A stretch of 64,000 bases of DNA from a virus, in IMG/VR virus record IMGVR_UViG_3300013115_000353, positions 1 to 64,000 of that record. The stretch is one strand, 5' to 3'. A model generated the notes under the pieces. The model worked only from the letters and a program-made list of their open reading frames with translations. It was not told the DNA's origin and searched no databases. Positions 19,405-28,249 of this stretch are shown one piece after another (positions within the stretch are counted from its first letter, which is position 1; each line of letters begins with the position of its first letter). Position numbers and translations under genes: made by a program.

Positions 19405-19611
19405 TTATGCCTCTACCGTGTCGGTAATCTCGGCAGCGAAGACCAACATAGCCTCCACCTGCTCAGGGGAAAGTGCCGCATCGGGTTGCGACTGCGCCAT
19501 CTGCGCATACAACGCAAGCTGGATAGCCATCACGTTACGGGTTGCTGCGCGTTGCTCCATTGGAGTCATCACGCGGGTAGTCTCAGGGGAATCGAGGACG
19601 AAATCAAACAT
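19405..19611 (-). CDS. Hypothetical protein
   Basis: SD AGGAG; abuts next gene. Confidence 0.55.
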   Translation of the reverse strand: MFDFVLDSPETTRVMTPMEQRAATRNVMAIQLALYAQMAQSQPDAALSPEQVEAMLVFAAEITDTVEA

Positions 19612-19622
19612 TATAGCTCCTT

Positions 19623-19910
19623 TTAGCCTTGCGCCAAGATTGCGGCCAACTCGCTCGCGGACAACTTATCCGCAGCCTTCTCGACGGTCGCGTTGAACAC
19701 GATGTCAGCGCCCGGCTTGCGGGTTGCGGTGACGCTGCCACCTTCGACGCCCAGAAGCAGAACGCCTCGGTTCGCCTTGCGCGGACGGAAGAAACCAACG
19801 GCTTTCATGCCGTTAGCGCGGACAGCCGTGCGGATCTGCGTTTTCGCGTCCTTCCACGTCACGCAGGAAGTGTCAGGGGTGGTCTTGAGGGTTCCGAGAG
19901 TCTTGGTCAT
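19623..19910 (-). CDS. Hypothetical basic early protein
   Basis: First gene after promoter 19941-19994; SD AAGGAG. Confidence 0.6.
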   Translation of the reverse strand: MTKTLGTLKTTPDTSCVTWKDAKTQIRTAVRANGMKAVGFFRPRKANRGVLLLGVEGGSVTATRKPGADIVFNATVEKAADKLSASELAAILAQG

Positions 19911-19940
19911 TGATAAGCTCCTTTCTTTAACTTATACTCT

Positions 19941-19994
19941 ATTATCTCATACGCGAGAGATGAAGTCAAGCCGGTTGTGTCAAGGGAATGTCAA
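19941..19994 (-). promoter_or_regulatory. Triple-TTGAC early promoter module
   Basis: TTGACA-N5-TTGACA-N8-TTGACT-N17-GATAAT. Confidence 0.8.
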
Positions 19995-20029
19995 AGGTGG
20001 AAAAATATTTTTAGGGTCCTGGAAGGCTC

Positions 20030-20065
20030 TGTGCTGGCTCCTGCCATCTCGGTCGAGCCAGCACA
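20030..20065. terminator. Hairpin, possible terminator
   Basis: TGTGCTGGCTC-N14-GAGCCAGCACA perfect 11-bp inverted repeat between a gene end and the next promoter. Confidence 0.45.
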
Positions 20066-20077
20066 CCAGCACACCAG

Positions 20078-20395
20078 CTACGAGCCACCACGGGCGCTCT
20101 CAGACGCCTCTGTGTCGGTGCTGTCGGCCTCTGCCATGATCTCGGCCACCTCACCCAGCGTCAACTGTCGATCCGCCTTCCGGCGCTTGTTGTAGGCGCG
20201 CTCCAGCTTGCCATACCGGCGACTGTTAACAGGGTGCTCGCACAGATGGATGTTCTCGATCCCCATGCGCTTGAACCGCTTAAGCTGCGCAACAGCGTTA
20301 GAAAATGAATCGGGACGGGTAAGGACATTTTCATATCCTGTAACCTTTCCATTTTCATTTAGAGTAACATAGGTTTTGGTAATGTAATACTTCAT
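20078..20395 (-). CDS. Hypothetical protein
   Basis: Start MKYYITK with SD GGAGG, just after the vWA gene stop. Confidence 0.6.
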   Translation of the reverse strand: MKYYITKTYVTLNENGKVTGYENVLTRPDSFSNAVAQLKRFKRMGIENIHLCEHPVNSRRYGKLERAYNKRRKADRQLTLGEVAEIMAEADSTDTEASESARGGS

Positions 20396-20396
20396 T

Positions 20397-21647
20397 TTAG
20401 CCCTCCACGGCAATGATGCGTTCGTTAGTTTGAAAGTATGGACGTGCAGCATAGGCTGGCGTCGTCATCCACATACGCTGACACCGACTGCCGATAGGCT
20501 TAGGTGCGCACAGATCAGTCAAGACGATATGCCCATCAAAATCACGCTCATTAACGTACTTGGTGGGCGGATCGAAGTCTGTGCCACCACACATTACACG
20601 TTCCCACGGGCGAGTCTGTCCTTTCTTCCAAACATAAATCTTATCCTCTCCAACCTCGGAGTCGAATGGGATAACAGTAAACTCGGCAATGTCTGACAGC
20701 TTGTTCAACTCAGCGAAGAACAGCGCCAGCATGCCGTCGTCCACCGATCCGCTCTGATCGATGCTGATCGCGATCTTCGCTTGACGGCGAACACGCTTGC
20801 CAGGATGCACACGAGGATAACGCTTGTTAAGGCGTCGGGGCGTGCTTCGCTTGTCGGCACGTTGTGACGTTTTAACAAAGTAACGCAGTACCTTGCGCCA
20901 ATCGACCTTAGTCGTGATCGAGTCCATGATCTGCTTACGCATCTGGCTCGACACGGATCCCCAGCTTCGCGCCTTGTCCGCTTCTTCTGCTGCCTTGCGT
21001 AGCGTTTCCTTCAAACGCTCTTTAGCGATCTCGTTGACGGTTCCGTCCGTCTCACCAAAATGCTGGTGATCATCGAAGCTATCAGCATCACCGATGCCGT
21101 TGCCTCCACCTTCACCAGGCTCGCCACCTTCGCCGTCACCGTCGCCCTTACCTTCGCCCTCATCCTCCAGCTTCGCCTTGTACCACTCGTATGTCTTACC
21201 AGCAGGGAGATGTGCGAATGGACCTTCGCCGGGCAGACAGCCCAGCATAGGCTTACCTGAAGGCATCATAGGACCGGGATCGCTCTCACTTGGCAGCTTG
21301 CCCTTCATTTCGGGCAACCCGTTGATAGACAGGTCCATAGCCACGTTGTCGATGCGCGTGATGCCGCCTTCCGGCATACGTCCCGTAACGTGCTGAAAGA
21401 TGATGTGATAGAACTCGTGCATAATGACGCCCAGACGATGTTCGTCTTTCAGTTGCGCCATGAACTTAGGGTTATACATTAGCTCAAACTGTGCACGTTC
21501 CTGGTTCACTCGCACGGCAGCAGTCGGAATAGACTCGGTGCGCGTCTTGTCGATGCGCCGTGAGAGCGCAGCAAAAAACGGCTCGCGCATGAGCAAACGG
21601 GCAGTGTGCTTGTTGAGATCAAAATCGAGGGTTTTGTCATCGGACAT
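20397..21647 (-). CDS. HEXXH metallopeptidase + vWA domain protein (DUF2201-like)
   Basis: MHEFYH; ISIDQSGSV MIDAS; GGTDF; LTD. Confidence 0.85.
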   Translation of the reverse strand: MSDDKTLDFDLNKHTARLLMREPFFAALSRRIDKTRTESIPTAAVRVNQERAQFELMYNPKFMAQLKDEHRLGVIMHEFYHIIFQHVTGRMPEGGITRIDNVAMDLSINGLPEMKGKLPSESDPGPMMPSGKPMLGCLPGEGPFAHLPAGKTYEWYKAKLEDEGEGKGDGDGEGGEPGEGGGNGIGDADSFDDHQHFGETDGTVNEIAKERLKETLRKAAEEADKARSWGSVSSQMRKQIMDSITTKVDWRKVLRYFVKTSQRADKRSTPRRLNKRYPRVHPGKRVRRQAKIAISIDQSGSVDDGMLALFFAELNKLSDIAEFTVIPFDSEVGEDKIYVWKKGQTRPWERVMCGGTDFDPPTKYVNERDFDGHIVLTDLCAPKPIGSRCQRMWMTTPAYAARPYFQTNERIIAVEG

Positions 21648-21670
21648 AAAAGTTTTCTCCTTACTCTATA

Positions 21671-21724
21671 AATATACACGCAAACGGGACAGAAGTCAAT
21701 AGCCAAATGTCAAGAACTCGTCAA
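21671..21724 (-). promoter_or_regulatory. Triple-TTGAC early promoter module
   Basis: TTGACG-N5-TTGACA-N8-TTGACT-N17-TATATT. Confidence 0.8.
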
Positions 21725-21938
21725 GAGTGATCCAGTCGATTCCGATCTTCATTTCATCCACCCATTCATTCTTTCGTGTGTCCTTTGCCCACACCTTATA
21801 TTCCATTCGTTTTTCGATTGTTCCGTATCGTGGTTTGCGTGTGGGGCGCACTTCTAAAACGATACCCGTCTCTGCGTTGCCTATAATGGGGGTGCGAAAT
21901 AAAAGATCGCCCGTTCCTATGCCTTTGCGCTCCGTCAA
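21696..21938 (-). CDS. GDLV-family micro-gene (divergent)
   Basis: GTGDLL...TGIVLEV...YKVW. Confidence 0.6.
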   Translation of the reverse strand: MTERKGIGTGDLLFRTPIIGNAETGIVLEVRPTRKPRYGTIEKRMEYKVWAKDTRKNEWVDEMKIGIDWITLDEFLTFGY

Positions 21939-22162
21939 CTTATAACTTCCAAGTCTCGCGTATCGTATGCCAGCGTTCCAGCCTTCACGGCACGTGCAGG
22001 TTTAATAAACCGCAACAACACAAACCGTTCACGCTCATTAGGGATGGAACCATCCCACTCTTCTGCGCCATCACGCCACCCGACAACAAGTGCCAGGTTA
22101 GGCGTATGCATCCGGGTAACCGTCACAAGGTTACCCGGCTTTGCGGATACGCTACTCATCAT
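21935..22162 (-). CDS. GDLV-family micro-gene
   Basis: KPGNLV...LALVV...DLEVIS. Confidence 0.65.
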   Translation of the reverse strand: MMSSVSAKPGNLVTVTRMHTPNLALVVGWRDGAEEWDGSIPNERERFVLLRFIKPARAVKAGTLAYDTRDLEVIS

Positions 22163-23235
22163 CCACCCAAGATTTCCACAAGGTGCTCGCTCACCTTGGT
22201 GCCCGATGCCGTCTCAGCCTGGTGCAGTCGCACCACATTGTCAATGACATCAGCGTCACCCAGCACCGTCCACAACTTCATTGCAACCTCTGACGGAAGC
22301 TGCACAAAGTAGTTAGCGAGGTTAGTGATACGCTCGTCTGACAACTCAGCCTTGAATACCTCTGATGCCTCAAACTTCTCGATCATCGCGCTGTGATCGT
22401 TGATGCCCCACTGCTCCGTCTTTTCAAGGGCACCATCATCAAGGATATCCTCAATAGTCACCTGCCATTCGTACTTGTCAACGAAGTCACGCAATGCAAC
22501 CGCAGCTTCAAAGCCCAGGAACGCACAAGCGAGGTTGTACAGCAGATCGGAATCGCCTTCCTTCTCGAAAACGCCCGTATCGGCTACGGTATCGTTAAAC
22601 CGCTTCCACGAGCGACGAGACGGGTACACCTTGTTAGGCTCAAACTCGCCCTGATGCTCCAGGTGGGCATGGTTGTGGTTAACAAAATCCCACACAACCA
22701 CATTGACGTTACTCTTTGCCCACTTCAGCCAGTCTTCCACAGTCGGCTCGACATCGAACACCGCCCAGCGATCAAGCTCGGCAGGATCCATCTCACCCAC
22801 TTGGTACTGCGCACCGTGTTCGCCACCGTTGACGGCAGCGATGATCAGCGTCTCAGGGTGCAGACGCCAGCCGTTGATCTTGCGGCTATCCGTCAACTCG
22901 AAGAGGCCCTGACGGACTTCCATCGTCGCGCGGTCCACCTCGTCAAGGAACAGCACCACCGGCTGCTCACAGGCAGTCACGAGCCAGTCTGGAGCGTTCC
23001 ACGTTGTCGCCTTGCGCCCATTGATCGAAGTCTCAGCGGTATCGGGCAGACCCAGAAGGTCACCCTCTGTCATCTGTGACGCTCGACGCTCGACAACGGG
23101 TAGCGTCATCTTGTCAGCGATCATGTAGACCACCTCAGATTTACCAAGTCCGTGCTTGCCGCGAATGAGTACGGGCAGCTTCGCTTTCAGAATGAAAGGA
23201 ACGGAACCGAGAAAAGTGTTAAAGTCTACTGCCAT
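22159..23235 (-). CDS. MoxR-like AAA+ ATPase
   Basis: Walker A GKHGLGKS, Walker B LFLDEVDR, AAVN sensor, DPAELDRW, PSRRSW. Confidence 0.9.
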   Translation of the reverse strand: MAVDFNTFLGSVPFILKAKLPVLIRGKHGLGKSEVVYMIADKMTLPVVERRASQMTEGDLLGLPDTAETSINGRKATTWNAPDWLVTACEQPVVLFLDEVDRATMEVRQGLFELTDSRKINGWRLHPETLIIAAVNGGEHGAQYQVGEMDPAELDRWAVFDVEPTVEDWLKWAKSNVNVVVWDFVNHNHAHLEHQGEFEPNKVYPSRRSWKRFNDTVADTGVFEKEGDSDLLYNLACAFLGFEAAVALRDFVDKYEWQVTIEDILDDGALEKTEQWGINDHSAMIEKFEASEVFKAELSDERITNLANYFVQLPSEVAMKLWTVLGDADVIDNVVRLHQAETASGTKVSEHLVEILGG

Positions 23236-23278
23236 GTGATTGTCTCCGGGGAGGATGAAAAGTTTTGCTTACTCTATA

Positions 23279-23333
23279 AATATATACCCGATGGGCCTAA
23301 AAGTCAAGGTGTTTCTTGTCAAGTAAATGTCAA
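23279..23333 (-). promoter_or_regulatory. Triple-TTGAC early promoter module
   Basis: TTGACA-N5-TTGACA-N9-TTGACT-N17-TATATT. Confidence 0.85.
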
Positions 23334-23551
23334 TCGTTGCAAGGGGGGTGAGACCAGTTCTCACATTGCCAATCGCTGATCTGTCCGTCGCGACACAGAT
23401 TGTCTGTCCAGTTGTTCCAGCACTCCCGACGAGCGGGATAGTCAGGCTCTCCGTCCTGCTCATAATCCTGCTGGATATAGGGCAGAAGATCAAGGGTGAA
23501 AATCTCGCACGCTTGTGCGAAAGTCATGACGGTGTCGAGGTTTGATGGCAT
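23330..23551 (-). CDS. Phage hypothetical protein
   Basis: D.PARRE.WNNWTD.LCRDG.IS.WQ..NW pattern. Confidence 0.65.
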   Translation of the reverse strand: MPSNLDTVMTFAQACEIFTLDLLPYIQQDYEQDGEPDYPARRECWNNWTDNLCRDGQISDWQCENWSHPPCND

Positions 23552-23580
23552 CGGGGTAACTCCTTTCTTGATGATGTCTT

Positions 23581-23634
23581 ATTATCTCATATGCGAGAAG
23601 AAAGATCAAGGGTTTTTTGTCAAGTAAATGTCAA
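23581..23634 (-). promoter_or_regulatory. Triple-TTGAC early promoter module
   Basis: TTGACA-N5-TTGACA-N8-TTGATC-N17-GATAAT. Confidence 0.8.
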
Positions 23635-24425
23635 CCCTTCTTGTCGTCAAAATGCCTGTCGGTAACCCTGGAAGAACCTGCGTAATAATCGGCAGGGATT
23701 TTATCCCACCCGTTCGCTGGCGCTCTTGTCACGAGCGTGCGAGCGTCGTAACCGTCTGGATCTCCATCGGTCGCCCAAGAGCCCATCTGTCGCCCACCAG
23801 AAATCTTAACACCTGTCTTGTCGTCTTCTTCGTAAAGGTGTGGCAGCGGAAAACTGGTTGTGCCTCGACTGCCCACCTTACACACTTGATCCAACCGGCG
23901 CACCATAAGCGGCTGCGGGTTTCGCACTTGATCAGTGATGTTGTCCCAGTTAATAGAAACAACCATATAGGGATAGTTACGTGCTTCATATACCTGATCG
24001 CCGTTACCATCGGGATAATAGCCATAGCTATTATAGCTAATGGTAGCGCCAACGCCAATACCTTCACGCTTCAGGGCAGCAACCACCTTCTTACGCACGA
24101 TGCCATTTTGTTTTGCTGCTTCCTTTCGATCCTTCTTAAGTTGCTTGCACGTGCGGCGAGTGTGCCCGATGCCTTCATCACCCCACGAGCCATGCACAAA
24201 CTTACAATAGGAGCAACGCCGAACGATACCCGCTCTGCGGTTCACCTTTGCGCCAGTGCGGGGATCGGTGCCGGTACGCTTGGCAAGTAGCTCACCCCAG
24301 TGATCGATAGAGGCTTGCTGCTTATCCTCAACTGCCATATCATAACGCTGTTGCAACCTCTCAGTAATCTGAGGGCAGGTGCGCTTGTTGTGTCCATATT
24401 TCCAGCACGATGAGCATCGATTCAT
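23631..24425 (-). CDS. Double zinc-knuckle protein
   Basis: CSSCWKYGHNKRTC and CSYC...GHTRRTC. Confidence 0.75.
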   Translation of the reverse strand: MNRCSSCWKYGHNKRTCPQITERLQQRYDMAVEDKQQASIDHWGELLAKRTGTDPRTGAKVNRRAGIVRRCSYCKFVHGSWGDEGIGHTRRTCKQLKKDRKEAAKQNGIVRKKVVAALKREGIGVGATISYNSYGYYPDGNGDQVYEARNYPYMVVSINWDNITDQVRNPQPLMVRRLDQVCKVGSRGTTSFPLPHLYEEDDKTGVKISGGRQMGSWATDGDPDGYDARTLVTRAPANGWDKIPADYYAGSSRVTDRHFDDKKG

Positions 24426-24456
24426 GTTTTCTATCCTTTCTCAAAGGTTATGCTCT

Positions 24457-24510
24457 ATTCTCTCATAGATCAGAGGAGAAGTCAAGCGGTAAATGTCAAG
24501 TGAATGTCAA
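24457..24510 (-). promoter_or_regulatory. Triple-TTGAC early promoter module
   Basis: TTGACA-N5-TTGACA-N8-TTGACT-N17-GAGAAT. Confidence 0.8.
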
Positions 24511-25316
24511 GCCTTCTTTGGGGCTTTGAAAGTTTTAATGTGTCGCTCCTCGATCTCGACTGGCGCAACAGCACCAACGGGGAGAACTTTGTAACGCTTC
24601 GCGCCGTTAGCTGCGGAAATGATGGGAAGATTAGACGCGATGACGATACCGCCCTTAGCGAGTGCTCGCTTTGCTGCCCAGCTTGCGCTTGCACGGTGAG
24701 ATACCATCGAACCAGTCGAATACTTAGGCTCTGCATACCAAGCCGCCAGAACCTTCTGGGCGAACTTGTTAGTGTGTAGCTTCATAAAAAACCGCTTTGG
24801 AGGCACATAATCGCCATTATCTTGAACTTTGCGCACGAAATCGCGATAGTACGAGGTATGAGCGTAATAGTTAGCGAGCACAACAGCATCAGTCCGATAC
24901 ATATCTCGATAGACAGTTGGCCACTTCTCGCGTGCCGCAAGTGCCTCGTTAGTGTACTCGCCGGCAATATCTTTCAACTTGCTCGTTTGCTTGTCAGTAA
25001 GCGTGTAACCGGACATAGCCTGTTCACGCAGCGAGCCAATAAAGCCCATATTCCAGCTTGAAGCATCGGATTCGGGCATACGAGCGATCAAAGCGTCGAT
25101 TTCCTGCACGATTTCAGGCTTTTCTGTCTTTTCAAGGATCTGCCGCGTCTCGATCATCTCTTCGAGCTTGTCAACCCAAACACGTCGGCCCTGCGTAAGC
25201 ATGCGCTTGCGCTCATAAAACGCCAGAAGCGATTTAGCGAAGTTCAGCTTTGAAGCAGGCAGATACGGACTATCCACGATAGTTTGAAGTCTGTCACCAA
25301 GGGTGATGCGGGGCAT
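24507..25316 (-). CDS. Hypothetical protein with C-terminal SH3-like domain
   Basis: Helical N-terminal part; C-terminal PKYSTGSMV...GIVI...YKVL...EERHIK. Confidence 0.65.
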   Translation of the reverse strand: MPRITLGDRLQTIVDSPYLPASKLNFAKSLLAFYERKRMLTQGRRVWVDKLEEMIETRQILEKTEKPEIVQEIDALIARMPESDASSWNMGFIGSLREQAMSGYTLTDKQTSKLKDIAGEYTNEALAAREKWPTVYRDMYRTDAVVLANYYAHTSYYRDFVRKVQDNGDYVPPKRFFMKLHTNKFAQKVLAAWYAEPKYSTGSMVSHRASASWAAKRALAKGGIVIASNLPIISAANGAKRYKVLPVGAVAPVEIEERHIKTFKAPKKA

Positions 25317-25336
25317 GTTTTTCTCCTTACTCTCTA

Positions 25337-25391
25337 AATATACACCCGAACAGGGCAGAAGTCAAGTTCTTTCTTGTCAAGTAAATGTCAA
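25337..25391 (-). promoter_or_regulatory. Triple-TTGAC early promoter module
   Basis: TTGACA-N5-TTGACA-N9-TTGACT-N17-TATATT, then AGTAAGGAG SD. Confidence 0.85.
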
Positions 25392-25594
25392 GACTCTTCT
25401 GACTCGTAAACCGGCTCGAATCTGTCTGCTCGATCATAAACCTGAGACAGTTTAACATCTCCGACAGGCTTAACAAACTTTACTTTGTACGCTCCCCAGT
25501 CAGCATCCCACATTATGTGTTCCATAACGAGCCCGATGCCACCGGTGCGTTTGTGTCGCACGAGCGATCCAACTGTAATACGTCTACGATTCAT
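25388..25594 (-). CDS. GDLV-family micro-gene
   Basis: MNRRRITVGSLV...; ATGA overlap with the upstream gene. Confidence 0.7.
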   Translation of the reverse strand: MNRRRITVGSLVRHKRTGGIGLVMEHIMWDADWGAYKVKFVKPVGDVKLSQVYDRADRFEPVYESEES

Positions 25595-25770
25595 TTTATA
25601 ACCTCCAAGTTTTCCCCTAAACACGAGAAACTATGACCGTCGAGCGCATGACACTCGTAGATAAGGCGCGTTTCACCAGCGGAATCCTCCGCTGAATGAC
25701 GGATCCGCACAATCAAAGCCATAATCATATCGGGGTGTGTTTTAACATAAACCAAATCACCTACCTGCAT
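25591..25770 (-). CDS. GDLV-family micro-gene (59 aa, not in track)
   Basis: MQVGDLVYVKTHPDMIMALIV...ENLEVIK. Confidence 0.75.
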   Translation of the reverse strand: MQVGDLVYVKTHPDMIMALIVRIRHSAEDSAGETRLIYECHALDGHSFSCLGENLEVIK

Positions 25771-25939
25771 GCGTCACCACATAAGCTGATGCCTGCACCC
25801 ATTCATTGCCTTCGTCCGCCAGCTTTATCCAGCCGGGTGCCGTGCGGACTACCAAATATACCCTTCCTACACGCAGAGGCGGGGGCTTAGTATGTTCTAC
25901 CAGATCGCCTATCTGTATTCTCGGATTACGCAGTCCCAC
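25757..25939 (-). CDS. GDLV-family micro-gene
   Basis: IQIGDLV...VVTHAGR. Confidence 0.7.
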   Translation of the reverse strand: MGLRNPRIQIGDLVEHTKPPPLRVGRVYLVVRTAPGWIKLADEGNEWVQASAYVVTHAGR

Positions 25940-26108
25940 TGATCACCTCCAAATCTCGTGATAGTAAGCGGACTGTACGTCCGTTTGTAAACTGTATTTC
26001 AAAGACCAAGGTGTTGCCGTGCGTGAAGTGACGCACAATCAAGCCAACCGAGCCTTTTGGTAGCCCGATAGATGCGCGTTTGATCTTTACTAAGTTACCG
26101 ACTTGCAC
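25926..26108 (-). CDS. GDLV-family micro-gene
   Basis: MQVGNLV...DLEVISGTA. Confidence 0.75.
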   Translation of the reverse strand: MQVGNLVKIKRASIGLPKGSVGLIVRHFTHGNTLVFEIQFTNGRTVRLLSRDLEVISGTA

Positions 26109-26262
26109 TTATAACCTCACACTTCCACGCTGTAAAGCCTGTTCTCACACGCCCTGTCTTTAAAAACCTTAAATCTACATATAGAAAGTTCCCGATCTGT
26201 ACCCTATCGAGCACAATCGCAAGGTTACCCTTTTGGGTTTTTACCAAGTCACCGACTTTCAT
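26095..26262 (-). CDS. GDLV-family micro-gene (55 aa, not in track)
   Basis: MKVGDLVKTQKGNLAIVLDRVQIGNFLYVDLRFLKTGRVRTGFTAWKCEVISASR. Confidence 0.8.
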   Translation of the reverse strand: MKVGDLVKTQKGNLAIVLDRVQIGNFLYVDLRFLKTGRVRTGFTAWKCEVISASR

Positions 26263-26425
26263 TTATAACCTCCAGGTCACGCTTAGGGTTACTGGTACGC
26301 AAGTTGTTTTCTTTATTCCACTGAACAACTTGCGTCTCATCGGTCCCTGGTATTTGTTTAATCACAATACCGACCCAATGAGCCCAATCCTCGTGTTTAT
26401 ATTTTACCAGATCACCGACTTTCAC
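26249..26425 (-). CDS. GDLV-family micro-gene (58 aa, not in track)
   Basis: MKVGDLVKYKHEDWAHWVGIVIKQIPGTDETQVVQWNKENNLRTSNPKRDLEVINESR. Confidence 0.8.
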   Translation of the reverse strand: MKVGDLVKYKHEDWAHWVGIVIKQIPGTDETQVVQWNKENNLRTSNPKRDLEVINESR

Positions 26426-26579
26426 TGATCACCTCGCATTGAGCGCCCCAAAAGCCTGTTCTGAGGTATCCGGTTTTTAAGAACATTATATTCACATATA
26501 GCTGACCGGCAATCATATACCTCTCTACAACAATCGCAAGGTTACCCTTGTGAGTTTTTACCATATCACCGACTTTCAT
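26412..26579 (-). CDS. GDLV-family micro-gene (55 aa, not in track)
   Basis: MKVGDMVKTHKGNLAIVVERYMIAGQLYVNIMFLKTGYLRTGFWGAQCEVISESR. Confidence 0.8.
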   Translation of the reverse strand: MKVGDMVKTHKGNLAIVVERYMIAGQLYVNIMFLKTGYLRTGFWGAQCEVISESR

Positions 26580-26769
26580 TTATAACCTCGATCTCGTTAA
26601 GGGGCAACCACCCGAACCATTCGCCCGAACGCAGAAAGATACACCTGACACCCGCAAAGCAGATCGGCTCGTCTTCTCGCACCAGCTTGAACACCGGTCC
26701 ATGCTCGCGCAAACGGTTACGTGTGCGGGAAGATGCGCGGGGTGCGGCCTTGATAGTAATCAACTTCAT
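26566..26769 (-). CDS. Small protein ending in the junction repeat; probably leaderless
   Basis: MKLITIK...IEVINESR; ATG 6 nt after the -10 box. Confidence 0.7.
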   Translation of the reverse strand: MKLITIKAAPRASSRTRNRLREHGPVFKLVREDEPICFAGVRCIFLRSGEWFGWLPLNEIEVINESR

Positions 26770-26775
26770 ACCAAT

Positions 26776-26830
26776 AATATACACCCGATAGCCCTAAAAG
26801 TCAAGTGCTGTCCTGTCAAGTAAATGTCAA
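26776..26830 (-). promoter_or_regulatory. Triple-TTGAC early promoter module
   Basis: TTGACA-N5-TTGACA-N9-TTGACT-N17-TATATT. Confidence 0.85.
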
Positions 26831-27033
26831 GACTCGTTTAATAACATCAGAGCCCTCGTATCTTCTCCGTCGTACACTTTTCCTTCGTCAAGCCAGTACA
26901 CATCCACACTATGACCCCCGTGAGCGGTTGGGGTTTCGGGATAGGTGCGAGTAATGACGCCCATAGGAATCTTATCCTCGCATTCTCGCAACCATTCAGG
27001 ACTAATCCGAACCAGATCACCAACTTTAAACAT
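26827..27033 (-). CDS. GDLV-family micro-gene
   Basis: MFKVGDLV...VDVYW...LLNES. Confidence 0.75.
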   Translation of the reverse strand: MFKVGDLVRISPEWLRECEDKIPMGVITRTYPETPTAHGGHSVDVYWLDEGKVYDGEDTRALMLLNES

Positions 27034-27275
27034 TATCCTACTTTCTCCCACCTGAACTCGTGTATTATTAAATATAACTGTCCGCGCCTCAAAACGCAAA
27101 GATCGCCTGTATTCAATGGAATAGATGCGGGTAGTGGCGCGCCGGCATCGTCTCCTAAACAATGCTGCATTACGTCATACCGGCTAAGATCACGCACCAT
27201 GCCCTCACGAGCAACGATCACGATGCCGATGTCACCGCTCGGCAAATGTTTTAATATATCGCCAGCTTTAAACAT
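27033..27275 (-). CDS. GDLV-family micro-gene
   Basis: MFKAGDIL...IGIVI. Confidence 0.7.
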   Translation of the reverse strand: MFKAGDILKHLPSGDIGIVIVAREGMVRDLSRYDVMQHCLGDDAGAPLPASIPLNTGDLCVLRRGQLYLIIHEFRWEKVG

Positions 27276-27492
27276 CTTCGCTCCGTGCGCTCGATAGAAT
27301 CCTTACAAAAGATGCTAAATGCCAGTCATGATCGATATATGGCGCTTTGATCTTTACATATTTAATGTTTTTATGGAAAGAACCACGAAAACGCACATCT
27401 GTGATCAAGCCTATATATCCCGTTGGTAGCCCACCAGCATTATAAACCTCCACAAGATCGCCTACGTCTGCGTGATCGCCGTGATTGTTCAT
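27268..27492 (-). CDS. GDLV-family micro-gene
   Basis: DVGDLV...IGLIT. Confidence 0.7.
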   Translation of the reverse strand: MNNHGDHADVGDLVEVYNAGGLPTGYIGLITDVRFRGSFHKNIKYVKIKAPYIDHDWHLASFVRILSSARSEDV

Positions 27493-27782
27493 CCTTCCAC
27501 CTTTGTTTTGATCACTTCAGATTCATAGTTAAAGTGGTCCCAGGTGCGCTCGGACCACAGTCTGTATACCTGTGTAAGCCGCTCGCTATCCATTTCGTCT
27601 AACTGTTCCTTTCTCCACGGTGGGTATTCCTTTTCGTCTCTGTCGTCATCAAAATACTCTTCGTAGATGCCAAGATAGTCGAGAACATCACCAACAGCCA
27701 CGAGCAATGCACCCTTCAGTGTGAGATGGGTCGAAACAGATAGCTCGCCATCGTATCTAACCACAAACGTCCAGATGTTCAT
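27489..27782 (-). CDS. Hypothetical protein
   Basis: ATGA overlaps on both sides. Confidence 0.65.
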   Translation of the reverse strand: MNIWTFVVRYDGELSVSTHLTLKGALLVAVGDVLDYLGIYEEYFDDDRDEKEYPPWRKEQLDEMDSERLTQVYRLWSERTWDHFNYESEVIKTKVEG

Positions 27783-27991
27783 GAAACCACCTCAAACTTG
27801 CTCGCCATGAAGTGCGATTCGCGGGCGGCGGATCCTGCATAGACGGGATGGGGTTTAAACCACTTCACTGCCAGGTGCAGCGCGCCCGTGTCGCGGTTTT
27901 TTGCGCACCTCAACACATACCCACAATGCCCCACAAACTCAGGATACTGATCATGAGAGCTATCAACAAATCTGACTATTTTTCCTATCAT
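27779..27991 (-). CDS. GDLV-like micro-gene; probably leaderless
   Basis: MIGKIV...AVKW...FEVVS; ATG 6 nt after the -10 box. Confidence 0.65.
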   Translation of the reverse strand: MIGKIVRFVDSSHDQYPEFVGHCGYVLRCAKNRDTGALHLAVKWFKPHPVYAGSAARESHFMASKFEVVS

Positions 27992-27997
27992 GACTAT

Positions 27998-28052
27998 AAT
28001 ATACACCCCGTGGCCCTAAAAGTCAAGGGCAACCGTGTTAAGAGAATGTCAA
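27998..28052 (-). promoter_or_regulatory. Triple-TTGAC early promoter module
   Basis: TTGACA-N5-TTAACA-N9-TTGACT-N17-TATATT. Confidence 0.8.
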
Positions 28053-28249
28053 GACTCGCTGATGACTTCCAGTTCTGGTTGGTATACCCAGCCCTGTGTG
28101 TTATTCGCCCAGCTAACATAATATACATTTTTCCCGTGCGGTGCATCCCGTTTAATCTCTATCACAACGCCTATTTTGCCTCGTTTGTCAGTGTGTGGTT
28201 GTAACCACGCGGCTACTTTCCGTAACCTCACCATGTCACCCACTTTCAT
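28049..28249 (-). CDS. GDLV-family micro-gene
   Basis: MKVGDMV...IGVVIE...YYVSW...LEVISES. Confidence 0.75.
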   Translation of the reverse strand: MKVGDMVRLRKVAAWLQPHTDKRGKIGVVIEIKRDAPHGKNVYYVSWANNTQGWVYQPELEVISES

